Shown here in pieces: positions 1 through 10,055 of a stretch of 64,000 bases of DNA. Both the position numbers and the translations under genes were made by a program. Position 1 is the first letter of the stretch. The number at the start of each line of letters is the position of its first letter. The DNA comes from a virus (taxonomy: Duplodnaviria > Caudoviricetes), in the IMG/VR virus record IMGVR_UViG_3300042009_000023, positions 1 through 64,000 of that record. One strand, given 5' to 3'. The notes beneath the pieces were generated by a model. The model did no database searches and was not told where the DNA came from. It saw nothing but the letters and a program-made list of their open reading frames with translations.

Positions 1-411
1 TCTCCAATACTCCTGAGAGTTCTCCTTCTTATATTCAACTTTAATTGTGTCTGGTACACGACCGAATGCAGGTTTTTGTTTTACCTCTTTTACATAGGGT
101 ATGCACTTACCGTTATCATCAAAGCCCATCTTAGTCATGCCGTAACGTTCAAGTATGGATTCAAACTTCTCAATACTAAATCTATCTTTTGGGAAATCGA
201 ACCACTCACCTAGTACCCTGAACTCATCAAAGAGTTTGTGTAGGGCTCGTTCTACTGTTGTGGGTTTGTCTTTCGTTTTATAATAGGCAAGACAGGATAG
301 CTGATAACCAGAACCTGTCCTCAGGGTGTTCATCCTTTTCTCTACGTCATTACTCACTCCGATCTTATATAGACCTGATTCACTGTAAAGCAGATATACA
401 TATTTACTCAT
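1..411 (-). CDS. GIY-YIG (T5orf172/MUG113-like) endonuclease, partial, runs off the window edge
   Basis: Manual translation from ATG at 411: MSKYVYLLYSESGLYKIGVSNDVEKRMNTLRTGS...VERALHKLFDEFRVLGEWF. The YxY, KIG, R..L.TG and GEWF motifs are typical of this family. Not in the ORF track because it is truncated. Confidence 0.75.
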   Translation of the reverse strand, partial: MSKYVYLLYSESGLYKIGVSNDVEKRMNTLRTGSGYQLSCLAYYKTKDKPTTVERALHKLFDEFRVLGEWFDFPKDRFSIEKFESILERYGMTKMGFDDNGKCIPYVKEVKQKPAFGRVPDTIKVEYKKENSQEYWR

Positions 412-968
412 CAACTCTCCACAAATTTAATCAATCGTTGTTTATCATTTTCATTGTACAAATTAAAACAAGGGACATTGTGCTTCTTAGCCAATTCCCA
501 AGCAGTAGCCGTACCACCCTTAATCTTACCATGCTTATCCACTTGTGCCCAACAAATAAGAAAGCTTGAAGGCTTATTAAGGTTTGGTCCTAGTATCTGA
601 AACGTATTACGTGCATGTAGTGCCTTAGCTCCTTTAGAACACTTATCCCAAGCTGGGTGTATCTCAGATGCTAGCTGATATGCTTCTTCTTTCTTGGTCA
701 TACGGTCGAGTACTCGATACCAGTCTTTGTAATACTCATCTACTGTAACGAAACCATTCCAAGGAATATATAACTGTGCAAGGACTACACGTTCATCAAT
801 CTGTTCAGCATAAGCTTTAGCTCCGTTCTCAAATGCTGTGTCAGCACCTCCTGCCGCACCAGAACGTAGTATGTATCCTTTCTGTGCAAGCTTGAATGCA
901 ATATCTTCCATCAAACTCAATATGTCTTTAGGTGTCTGCCTTGATCCAATCCCCGTGTAATACTTCAT
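411..968 (-). CDS. SLOG-superfamily (DprA/YspA-like) nucleotide-binding protein
   Basis: Motifs YTGIGSRQTP, LRSGAAGGADTAFE, HARN, GGTATA. Confidence 0.7.
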   Translation of the reverse strand: MKYYTGIGSRQTPKDILSLMEDIAFKLAQKGYILRSGAAGGADTAFENGAKAYAEQIDERVVLAQLYIPWNGFVTVDEYYKDWYRVLDRMTKKEEAYQLASEIHPAWDKCSKGAKALHARNTFQILGPNLNKPSSFLICWAQVDKHGKIKGGTATAWELAKKHNVPCFNLYNENDKQRLIKFVES

Positions 969-1135
969 TCAGACCACTCCACGGTAATGAATAAGAACCC
1001 CTCTTCAATATAAAGAGACTGTTCATCTTGAAAGGCAATAGCATCTTCAACATTATCAAATACTGCCAAAATATCCCATCGCTCATCGTCATAGTCTTTA
1101 CGATAGCAGTGTGTAACTTGATATTGAATATTCAT
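965..1135 (-). CDS. small hypothetical protein (56 aa)
   Basis: Manual ORF MNIQYQVTHC...; AGGAGA RBS upstream; coupled to both neighbours. Confidence 0.6.
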   Translation of the reverse strand: MNIQYQVTHCYRKDYDDERWDILAVFDNVEDAIAFQDEQSLYIEEGFLFITVEWSE

Positions 1136-1272
1136 CGGTGTTTCTCCTTAATCGGCAATTCTTCCAAATACTCTAAATCATTTTCATAGAATAACTTATT
1201 TTCCATAAAATCTTGTTCCTCCCAGCAATACCAAGTGTCATCTTCGTCCTCATCAATCTCTTCTTGTGTCAC
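1132..1272 (-). CDS. acidic microprotein (46 aa)
   Basis: GTG start after GGAGG; MTQEEIDEDEDDTWYCWEEQDFMENKLFYENDLEYLEELPIKEKHR. Confidence 0.55.
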   Translation of the reverse strand: MTQEEIDEDEDDTWYCWEEQDFMENKLFYENDLEYLEELPIKEKHR

Positions 1273-1275
1273 ACC

Positions 1276-2673
1276 CTATCCTCCCAATTTTGACTCATAG
1301 TCAAGCACCCAATTATCATAAGCCTCTACAGGGCTTGCTCCTACACCAGTTGCAGCATATAGCCACCATTCTCTATCAGATGCTCCGTCTTCTGGTTCAT
1401 TCTCAATTGGGATTTCACAGACATAAAGTCCTTCTGGTGTTTTAATGATTGTTGGTTTCATGGATACCTCTCACACTCTACTTTCACCACTTCATTTTCA
1501 ATCAAAGAAGCGTTCACATGGTTAACTCGTGCGATGTAGAAGTCAATCAGTTCTTTAGCCTCTTGTTCAGAATGATAAATACTCTCTTTACTTCTAACCC
1601 AATCACAGCAAATAGACCGAGGTTCACCAACAGGTGCCATCATATCATCAAACTGATACCACCAAAATCCCCATTTGTATTCAGCCGTATATTTTACAGA
1701 ACCGTTTGCTTTTGTTGTTTTCTTAATTCGTGTCTTACGGATTTTCATTCTGCCACTCCTTTAGTTCTTTCCACATCTTGAGTTCATCAAATTTACTTAC
1801 GACAATCTTGTTCTTACCCGTGTACTCTTCTCCACACACCATTCGATATTCAGAAAGACTGCTGAATAATCTTAAACTACCACATCCCGGATTATCTGGA
1901 TTTCCTGAAGACATTAGTCCCACACCAATTGCAGCAAACCCAAGTAATAGAATTTTCATTTCCCATCCTCAACACCAAGGCGAACATTTCCTACAAGGAC
2001 AACTCAGTCCCATAGGCTTATAACGATCTTCTACAGGAATACTGTCCCAAATACATTTAGTCTCAGGAATATTCCCAATAGCTCCACTACGGAACTTACT
2101 AATATCACCACTTGTAAAAGGATACTGACTCTGCTTGTATCGTGCAAGAGCTTCTTCCACTTCTTTCCTAATCTCTTTAAGTTGGTCTTCTACAGCTTGC
2201 ATTCTATCTTCAATTGTTTGGTTCATGATATTTCCTCACTCTAATAATCTGATACCTAATCCCAACCATGTGAATAAAGTTAGGGTGGAGTTTATCTAGC
2301 TCCCGTGCTCTTTGTTTAGTTTGTTCGAATTGAGTCACATCAATTTCTCCAGTCTCTCAATTTCCAATAGACAAGCATCCACCTGTCCTTGATTACCTCT
2401 GTCTTGTCCATCCAATAGGACAGCTTTAATTTCCCTGATCTGCTGTTCGTACCAAGTTTCCTTCTTTGGTATTGGAGTAATCAGCAGTTGATACGTCTCC
2501 CACAGTTGTTCCTCTGTGCAATCTCCAAAAGAATGGTTCCAGTTCCACCGGTCATTGTGCCCACCTGAATAATAACCTTTAGACTTAATCAACGGATGAT
2601 CCATAATCTCATAGGCTGGATCACAACCCTTGATTAGTGCAGACAGCATCTCCTTATCCATTTCAACTAGCAT
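1276..2673 (-). CDS. run of small hypothetical early genes (1276-1461, 1458-1748, 1735-1959, 1969-2226, 2335-2673)
   Basis: Co-oriented, abutting or overlapping ORFs with purine-rich RBSs; no recognisable domain. Confidence 0.7.
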
Positions 2674-3029
2674 TCTTACTCTCCTCTTTCAATTCCTTCA
2701 CGCACATCTTGCCATAACCGTGAGTAGATTCTTTGCTACACTTATTCTTCTCCCTAGCTCCACATGAGCAGCGTTCAGAGTTTGTCATTTGATCACACTC
2801 TTCTTGTCAATACAAATCTCTCTTTCCCCTCTAGCATGGTAAAGAACACCACCTTTCTTCTCACAATCTGTGTAACCCTTCTCCACTTGTGCAATATTCC
2901 AAGGCAGCCAAATACAAAATAGAATTACACAAAGTATAATCAGCAGAACTTTCACAGTACTTCCTCCAGTTTAATCCACTCACAACAACCACCATCCTTA
3001 ATATCTGTAAGTCTATACCACACACTGCC

Positions 3030-3058
3030 ATCATCAAGTATTGCGGTCTGAATGTCAA
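3030..3058 (-). promoter_or_regulatory. sigma70-type promoter
   Basis: TTGACA-17 nt-GATGAT on the minus strand. Confidence 0.5.
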
Positions 3059-3240
3059 TTGTTATTGTTGAGATATTTCGTTTAGGGAAATGTAGGATGT
3101 TGGTCATTTCCCATATCCCAAACTATCTTGCCAATCCAAATAGGCATAGTAATTATCAAACCACATCCACATATCAAAGCAATACACTGGATATTTAGGC
3201 TCTTGTTTGATTTCTATTTGTAAACTTATAACAGTTTGCA

Positions 3241-4148
3241 TTAGCGACTCCTAGGTGGTGATGGCGGGCTTGGACGATTACTGAACCACTCTTTAACTTT
3301 AAGATTTACACTCTCTTTAGAAGAACAGCAATCTCCACAAGAGTACACCCAAGGACGATTAAATTGCATCTGAAATCTAAACCCATTCTCACGCCTAAAG
3401 TCTTTATTACAAAACCAACACTGTTGCCAGAAGATTAGACCGTAGTGTTTGTAAATATCTCCACCTACTACGTTGCTATATTCTATGTGTTCACGTTTCA
3501 TCAATAACCTCCAATACCAACAAACCCATCTTCGTATTCAACAATATGTTTCAGTGGGTCGATATCTACAAAAAGAAGGTTTCCCTTCCTGTCGTAATCA
3601 GCCACATTAACTTCAACATCTTCTGGGAAGTTTTGTAGAGCTTCTATCAGTTCTTTAATTGTCATAATTTCTCTCCTATTTGAATTTCCTACTATAACTT
3701 TTCTTCTTGAATCTCGCAAGGTTTTTCTCAGCTTCCCTCTCAACCTTCTCAGCATATTTCATATAAGCCTCATAAAGAATCTCCCTGTTTGGAAGGTCGT
3801 TTGGGAGATTGTGTGCAAGCTTTCGGAAGTAAGGAGGGATAGGGCTTACTTTGATATCACGCTTGCTCAAGATTTATCCTTAGTATCCAGCCAAGTTCTA
3901 TAAACATTAATGTCCACCAAGACATCCATATCGTCAGGAATACCCTCTACAAGCTTTTTATAGTCAGTAAAGTAAGTGCTGTATTCGTGCCAAACAGTCT
4001 CGCCTGTGTAGATGTTAATCTTATAGGCATTGTCTTTTGAGAACACAAACTCGAAATCGTCAAGATTGTTCATATCTTCTGGTGCTAACTGAAAATAACG
4101 ATAAGATTTAATCTCCCGTATTTGTTTTGCCTTCATACTGACTTGCAT
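3241..4148 (-). CDS. run of small hypothetical genes (3241-3504 Cys-rich, 3501-3755, 3676-3870, 3867-4148)
   Basis: Co-oriented coupled ORFs. The true start of 3501-3755 is probably the internal MTIKELIE after an AGGAGA RBS. Confidence 0.65.
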
Positions 4149-4153
4149 TATTA

Positions 4154-4990
4154 TTATTTCTCCAAGAATTCGTTAATAACAGGAACAACTTCTACCGTAC
4201 TGGTCAAAAGGAAAAGATGACCTTCGGTTGGCAACACATGCAAACTAGAGTTAGGAATAAGATTGTTCATAATCTTCATATTGATTAGTGGGATGATTGG
4301 GTCGTCACCAGCTCCCATCAGAAGTGTAGGTTGTTTAATACAAGGAAGCATCCAAATTGAGGACCACCAACAAATAGCAAGCTGTTGAAACTTATAGCCT
4401 GTACTATTACCTTTATTCTCAGACTTATCTTCTTGCATCTTTGCAGCATACTTAATTGCTAGCTCAGGATCTGTTCGGAATTTCCCACCGTAGATCATTG
4501 GTGCTATCTCGGCCATGTAGCTAGGATCGGAGTATCTACGAGGAGATGCCATTAGAGAAAGCACTTTCATACTTGGTGGAATACTGGTAACGCCTGTTGC
4601 TGTAGCACATAGGATTAGTTTCTTACAGCGTTGTGGGTGATCATATGCAAACTGGGTTGCCAAAAATCCACCCCATGATAGGCCAAGGACATTAACTTGT
4701 GCGTAGTTCAAATAATCAAGCATGTGGCTTACTGTTTTAGCCAAGCCGCTAAAGCGATATGGCAGCGAAGGAGTAGAACTACCACCACATCCAGGTACAT
4801 CAAAAGTAATAATCTCAATATCAGGGTTCGATTCGTGCATAGCTTCAACAAATGGTGCCAGTAAAGTTGTATTCGCTCCAATACCATTCATAATCAGTAG
4901 AGGAACTGTCCCAACCTTCCCCGGCTTAATGGAAACGTAGATTGATTGGTTCCCCAACGTAATTGTTTGATTTTGCATTTTAATATTCAC
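4154..4990 (-). CDS. phaZ: poly(3-hydroxyalkanoate) depolymerase, Pseudomonas intracellular mcl-PHA PhaZ type
   Basis: Alpha/beta hydrolase with NGIGAN oxyanion loop, FDVPGCGGSSTP, lipase box GLSWGG, MASPRRY, GDDPIIPLINM (Asp) and GHLFL (His). These follow the Pseudomonas PhaZ sequence as recalled. Confidence 0.9.
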   Translation of the reverse strand: MNIKMQNQTITLGNQSIYVSIKPGKVGTVPLLIMNGIGANTTLLAPFVEAMHESNPDIEIITFDVPGCGGSSTPSLPYRFSGLAKTVSHMLDYLNYAQVNVLGLSWGGFLATQFAYDHPQRCKKLILCATATGVTSIPPSMKVLSLMASPRRYSDPSYMAEIAPMIYGGKFRTDPELAIKYAAKMQEDKSENKGNSTGYKFQQLAICWWSSIWMLPCIKQPTLLMGAGDDPIIPLINMKIMNNLIPNSSLHVLPTEGHLFLLTSTVEVVPVINEFLEK

Positions 4991-6491
4991 AATATTCTCC
5001 CCTTAAGTCCATCACCCCAACCCATAGAATACGCTTTAAAGAATAACTGATAAGCACCACAAGTGTGTACATCATTAAAATACTGATCAAGTGTGGGGTG
5101 AGGACTAACGTCCAATCCTTGCTCTTTGGCAAGAGGTATGAATAAGTCGTACATTGTTTTTAGTGAGCTAATCATTTTATTCTCCTTTGTTGTAGCGTTT
5201 ACTGCAAGACATCTTGTGACCAACGCTTTCTGTGTTGCCGCATTCTACACAAGAGTTACTTCCGTGCCAAGGGCAGTCACTGACGGTAATACGTCTACCA
5301 AAATACATAGGATCTTCGTTGTCCCTCTTTGGACAGGTGCAGCCTTTGATATGCTTCCAATAGCGGTGATAATTCCTATCTTGAGGAAACCCCCAAAGTC
5401 TTTGTAAATTATATTCCCTCTTCTCCACTTCTGCTACAGGATCTGTATAAAGCTCTGGATCTGCAAGTACAGAAGATAAGAAATTATATTCATCTTCTAA
5501 TAGGGCTTCGGTTTCCTTGTTTATACCTTGTTTCTTAAGTAGTGCTTCATTCAATTTCACGGCTTATTCTCCGAAAGGACAATCATTACAATTCCTGCGG
5601 GCAACGTTATCGGCCAGATAACACACAGAAGTATATCCTCTTTCCAAGGATAAGACTTGCCTTTCACATAGCAACTGTGTGCATGGATGTATGAAACGAT
5701 GAGTGATACGATAAAATACTGTATAAAGAACATGGTATAACTCCTAAGAGCCACTACCGGGCCCTGTTAATGATGAAACGGCTAGAATGTGTGAAAACTA
5801 CACCAAACAATCGGTTTAGATGCCATCTACAGCCCCTCTTTGAACTCTAGAACCAATCCTACCATGCTTAGTGCCGTAAATCTACTGTTATTCTCAACTA
5901 ATTGATTTAAATTACTAAACCCTGTACTACTCAGGAAGTCACTTACCTCAATCCCAAGCTTCTTACAAGCTCTACGAATATATTTCACCTCACTAGAGGG
6001 AATCCACCAACCCGGAAGGCGTATTCCATATTTTGAAGCTGTGTCTGCCCAGTAGCTGTGATCCATGTATTCTGTTTTAAGGTGATGTCTTGCATATTCT
6101 TGATCGGCCACACGTTTAAGTTTAATTGCTTCCCTTTGTTCTTCTGTCATTGGTGCTAGGTGTTTCATTTTCTTCTCCTAATTTATAAAATAAATCATAT
6201 AACTATGCCAGCATTCATAGAACATTTATTAACTAAATAACTATGAATATTAATAACATCTGATTCTGTAAACACCATCCCTTCCTTGGACTTCTTGACT
6301 ACCAACTCCACTGTGACTTCAGCAGCTTTAATAGAACACACCTCAAGAACATCTTTCTGCCACTTACTGTACATTGTACCAGACCCAACTATCACCGTAT
6401 ACTTTGGGTGAGTGGTGCAGCCTGTGATAATACAAGTAAAGCTTAAAACAAGAATACTGCTCATAAAAGTGGTGTTTACAGAAATCTTCAT
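4987..6491 (-). CDS. run of small hypothetical genes (4987-5223, 5177-5560 Cys-rich, 5557-5754 membrane, 5827-6168, 6195-6491 possible lipoprotein)
   Basis: Co-oriented ORFs with RBSs; hydrophobic segments in 5557-5754 and 6195-6491 (ITGC lipobox-like). Confidence 0.65.
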
Positions 6492-6576
6492 GTTATTCTC
6501 CTGTCCCTAAAAGACTATATACAGCCTATTGGGGGTTAAAGTAGGATTTGATGGGTTAATAGTTATATTTTGGTTA

Positions 6577-6933
6577 TTACTGATCATTTTCTTTGTCCTT
6601 TGGTTCTACTGGCGTAGGAGCCCACAATTTGGCAAATTTCAACACATTAGGAACATCATCACTCTGAACAGGTATCACCACAAGACAACTAGGCTCACCA
6701 TTCAAAGTTGTATTCTCCCATCCATTCCAGCACAGCAGTGTAGTTTGTATTTTAGCAAACTCTTTACTGTTGACTCTCAATACTACCTTCTTAAAAGAGT
6801 TCTGTAACCAATCTTGATATACAGGCTCATCTTCAAAGAATCTGTGGGCATTGATCACAGAGTGTGCTACGAGGGTAGGCACCATGAAATCGTTTACTTG
6901 GTCGAGTACGGCAATGTACATTTTGCTAGTCAT
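6577..6933 (-). CDS. peptidyl-tRNA hydrolase Pth2-like protein
   Basis: KMYIAV...LVAH, W....FKKVVLRV and H/W.E motifs; size matches phage Pth2-like proteins. Confidence 0.65.
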   Translation of the reverse strand: MTSKMYIAVLDQVNDFMVPTLVAHSVINAHRFFEDEPVYQDWLQNSFKKVVLRVNSKEFAKIQTTLLCWNGWENTTLNGEPSCLVVIPVQSDDVPNVLKFAKLWAPTPVEPKDKENDQ

Positions 6934-6946
6934 TTTCTTTGTCCTT
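6584..6946. repeat. 17-bp direct repeat TCATTTTCTTTGTCCTT at 6584-6600 and 6930-6946
   Basis: Identical 17-mers at both ends of the Pth2-like gene; both neighbouring proteins end in KDKEND. Confidence 0.85.
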
Positions 6947-7120
6947 CAGTTCTTTGATATACTCCAGAATGTCTGCTGCTTGCTCCATAGCATAAGTTAT
7001 CAACTCGTTAGGTTCTATGTCACAGGATTTAGAGATACGGTTGCATCTGTTGTTCGCACGGTTCAGGTCAGAATGCAGTAACTCCAACTGACGGGTAAGT
7101 TTTTCTTTATTCAATTCCAA
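6926..7120 (-). CDS. hypothetical protein
   Basis: 64-aa ORF coupled to both neighbours. Confidence 0.6.
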   Translation of the reverse strand: MELNKEKLTRQLELLHSDLNRANNRCNRISKSCDIEPNELITYAMEQAADILEYIKELKDKEND

Positions 7121-7637
7121 GCTCCTTCTTAGCTTTCTCTACAATACTCTTAGCTTGTGCATACAGAGTAGCATTACCTTCAGTCAACACCTCCAACAAC
7201 AACTCTTTCTCCTTGATGTAGATCTTTGCAAAGTCTTTATCGTGTTCACAGATTGACTTACTGTTTGAGATAAGGTCTGCAAGTTTGATTGTCTTAGCAC
7301 TTGGAGAGGCTTGTGCTGTGTGTTGACGATCAATCTCTTTACGTATGGCGCGATTGCCGTCTTCTGGCTTAGATACATCTGAAAGCCAACCAACAAGCTC
7401 AGCAACTTCTTTCCCAAACTCTTTCTCAATCAATTCATTTGCAATATTACAGTCCTCCTGTACATCGTGAAGGTATGCTGCTGCAATCATATCATCTGTA
7501 CCATACACAGAGTAGACGGTCATTGCCACCTCTGCTGGATGGTGATAGTAAGACTCTCCAGTGTATTTTCTCTTCTGTTGCATGGCTTCGTGGGCTGCTA
7601 TCGAAAAGATTCTGGCTTTTGCTGTTACTGAGTTCAT
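7107..7637 (-). CDS. HD-domain RelA/SpoT-type small alarmone hydrolase ((p)ppGpp hydrolase-like)
   Basis: QKRKYTGESYYHHP, YLHDVQED, FGKEVAELV..LSD and IKLADLISN match the Mesh1/SpoT hydrolase motifs. Confidence 0.85.
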   Translation of the reverse strand: MNSVTAKARIFSIAAHEAMQQKRKYTGESYYHHPAEVAMTVYSVYGTDDMIAAAYLHDVQEDCNIANELIEKEFGKEVAELVGWLSDVSKPEDGNRAIRKEIDRQHTAQASPSAKTIKLADLISNSKSICEHDKDFAKIYIKEKELLLEVLTEGNATLYAQAKSIVEKAKKELGIE

Positions 7638-7668
7638 TCTGTGAACCTCCTATTTAATTTGTGAACCT

Positions 7669-7711
7669 ATAATAAAACAAAAGGCCCTCAAGCGCAATGC
7701 CTAAGAGCCTT
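7669..7711 (-). terminator. Rho-independent terminator overlapping a sigma70 promoter
   Basis: Minus-strand hairpin AAGGCTCTTAG...CTTGAGGGCCTT followed by a U tract; TTGCGC-17 nt-TATTAT is embedded in it. Confidence 0.65.
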
Positions 7712-7714
7712 GAA

Positions 7715-8356
7715 TTAGAATATATTTTCAGCGTTCTCATCAAAATAATCTTTCAACATCTCAGTAATCTCCTTACCAGAGAAACCTCTTGCAAATACAA
7801 CTTCGTGGTACTTACCCTTCTCCGCATGAAACTTAGGGTTGTACTCACAGCCATAAAGCCAGCTAGAATCACTGAACAGGTACGCTATTTGTCTGTCCAC
7901 AGTATTCTCCTAAAGATGCTTCATGTCAAGAAACCCTTCATACTCCTGATGTACAAAGGAGACAATGTTACTTGAAGCTTTGATGTAACCTGTTTTCTTG
8001 TTTATCTGTAAATTACAAATAGTCACAAGCTTCCCTGCCTTCGCCTTGCGGATCTTATAGGTGCTAAATCGAAATGGGGGTTTAAAATAATCACTGTGGT
8101 ATATGTCGCAGTAATAGCCATTGTGAAGTTTCACCATCGTGTGGAATGCAATAACTTCTTTACCTTTATTCCCGTAGAAATCATTAGAAAAGAATGATCT
8201 AGCAATTGGGTAGAATAGGTCATACCCCAAACCTTTGGCAAACTCTGTCAAGGATTTAAATTGGATTCTGGTGGTGTCCATCATTTCTTCCGGTTGAATC
8301 CATTTATTTGAAGCTCTCTTAGCTTCTTGTTCTTCTTGGTTAATTAGGTATGGCAT
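7715..8356 (-). CDS. two hypothetical proteins (7715-7900; 7910-8356, probable start MPYLINQ)
   Basis: AAGGAGA RBS precedes ATG 8356, shortening the tracked 7910-8452 ORF. Confidence 0.6.
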
Positions 8357-8693
8357 TTTGTTCTCCTTTAGATTTGTAAAGTTCTTCAATAAAATAGCTG
8401 GCTGAATGTTGTACACGTAGTGGATATTCATCATAGGAGATGTTATACCCACTTCCGGCTGACAACATCTCCTTAGTCACTAAGTGCTTGTGTTCGTGTT
8501 CAAGTGAGTCATAATTATCTAGCATCCACTTACACATGGCATCAAAAGCTGTATCAGACATCAACGATTGATACAAAATATAGTAGCAATATGATGAACT
8601 CAAAAAGAAACTGATGCAAGAGTTTTTGTTCTTCTTGAAACATGCTCTCACCACACCATCAAAAGATCCATTCTCTGGTTTAAGTCGGTTCAT
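8340..8693 (-). CDS. small protein resembling the N-terminal NAD-binding subdomain of NAD-dependent DNA ligases
   Basis: SYCYYILYQSLMSDTAFDAMC resembles the Y.YY......D..YD motif; no ligase catalytic core follows. Confidence 0.45.
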   Translation of the reverse strand: MNRLKPENGSFDGVVRACFKKNKNSCISFFLSSSYCYYILYQSLMSDTAFDAMCKWMLDNYDSLEHEHKHLVTKEMLSAGSGYNISYDEYPLRVQHSASYFIEELYKSKGEQNAIPN

Positions 8694-9138
8694 GTTGTTC
8701 TACAATTACCTTATACTTTTTCAAGTAATCCAAGCCTTCACTTTTACGATAACTCTCAAGATAAACTACACGCTTAACCTTAGCACGTACAAGCAGCTTA
8801 GCACAATCCAAACATGGTGACAAGCTCACGTAGACGGTAGAATCTTTTGCACTAACACCTTGCTCCAACATTTTACCTAGCGCTTGAAGTTCTGCATGAA
8901 CTACTTCTGGATTTCCATCCTCTGTGTAAGGCCAATCATTCAACCCTCCTTCAGCCATACCGTTCAAGCCTGTTGCAACCATCTGAGATTCCGTGACGAT
9001 TGCACAGCCTACTTGTTTTCTTGGGCAATGACTTTCCTTACTTACCCGTAAGGCAATGTCCATATACATGGAATCATACTTTCGGACTTTATGAGGGATA
9101 CAATTCCTATCATCATAAACCATTGTGTAATTCTTCAC
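8680..9138 (-). CDS. dCMP deaminase
   Basis: S.CPRKQVGCAI, HAE and SPCLDC zinc motifs. Confidence 0.9.
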   Translation of the reverse strand: MKNYTMVYDDRNCIPHKVRKYDSMYMDIALRVSKESHCPRKQVGCAIVTESQMVATGLNGMAEGGLNDWPYTEDGNPEVVHAELQALGKMLEQGVSAKDSTVYVSLSPCLDCAKLLVRAKVKRVVYLESYRKSEGLDYLKKYKVIVEQHEPT

Positions 9139-10045
9139 GGAGTCACCGATAGTATCAACTGGTCTAGATGCCCCAAAGGATGTTCACCTTTCTTCCAAAA
9201 ATCTTTCCTGTACAAACTAAACCCACCGTCAGTATAAAGCTCTAAAACAAATGAATGTGTCTTGTTAGACAACTCTTCAAGCTCCTTACAAATCTCAAGA
9301 CCCTGTTCGATTGATAGACCGTTTACTTCACAGGCTTTGTGATGATTATACTCGTACGTTGTGTTTAGGACAAATTGTGCAAACGAGAATGACATTTTGT
9401 TCTCCTTACTCCCAGAACTTCCACCAAGGCTTATTTGTATAGGTGCGTTTGAATGTGTCTAAAACTTCTTGTTGTCGTTGTGAAGCTTTAATTTCCCGCA
9501 TCTTATCATATGCTCCCCTAAACTGCCAACCTTGTTCTGTACTAAAAACAGCTTCAGCACTGCTATACTTCCATACTTCTGTAATAGGTCCACCACTTGT
9601 TGCTGTCCAGTATTCTACACCTTTATTCCGGTCTGTTACTGTGTAAGTTCCAACCTTCCAACGGCTATGATCTTCCACCATTGACTTACAAATCATGTCT
9701 ACTGTTTCTTGCATAAACTTAAATTCTTTCATGTTGTTCTCCTAATTAACTTGGTCGCAGGTTTGCAGCGAAACCCTTGCGACTATTATTTCCATAAGCA
9801 CTATATCCACCATCTTCTCTACTTGATTTTGTCTTCTGGATTTTGGAGGTCTTGACGGTGTAAAACCCAACGCCGTACAAATCATTGCAAACTCGTTGAG
9901 CCTCTGCTCTGTCTGAAGTATGAAAGTAGACATACTGTTGACTTGCGTTCAAGATAAACCAAGTTGCAACATCAACATAGTTATAGTCAGCGTACTCTTC
10001 ATAAGAGACGTAACTTATTTTAATCTCTTTCTTCTTCTCAGCCAT
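9135..10045 (-). CDS. three hypothetical proteins (9135-9395, 9406-9732, 9746-10045)
   Basis: Co-oriented ORFs with AGGAGA or GGGGAAG RBSs. Confidence 0.7.
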
Positions 10046-10055
10046 AAACTTCCCC

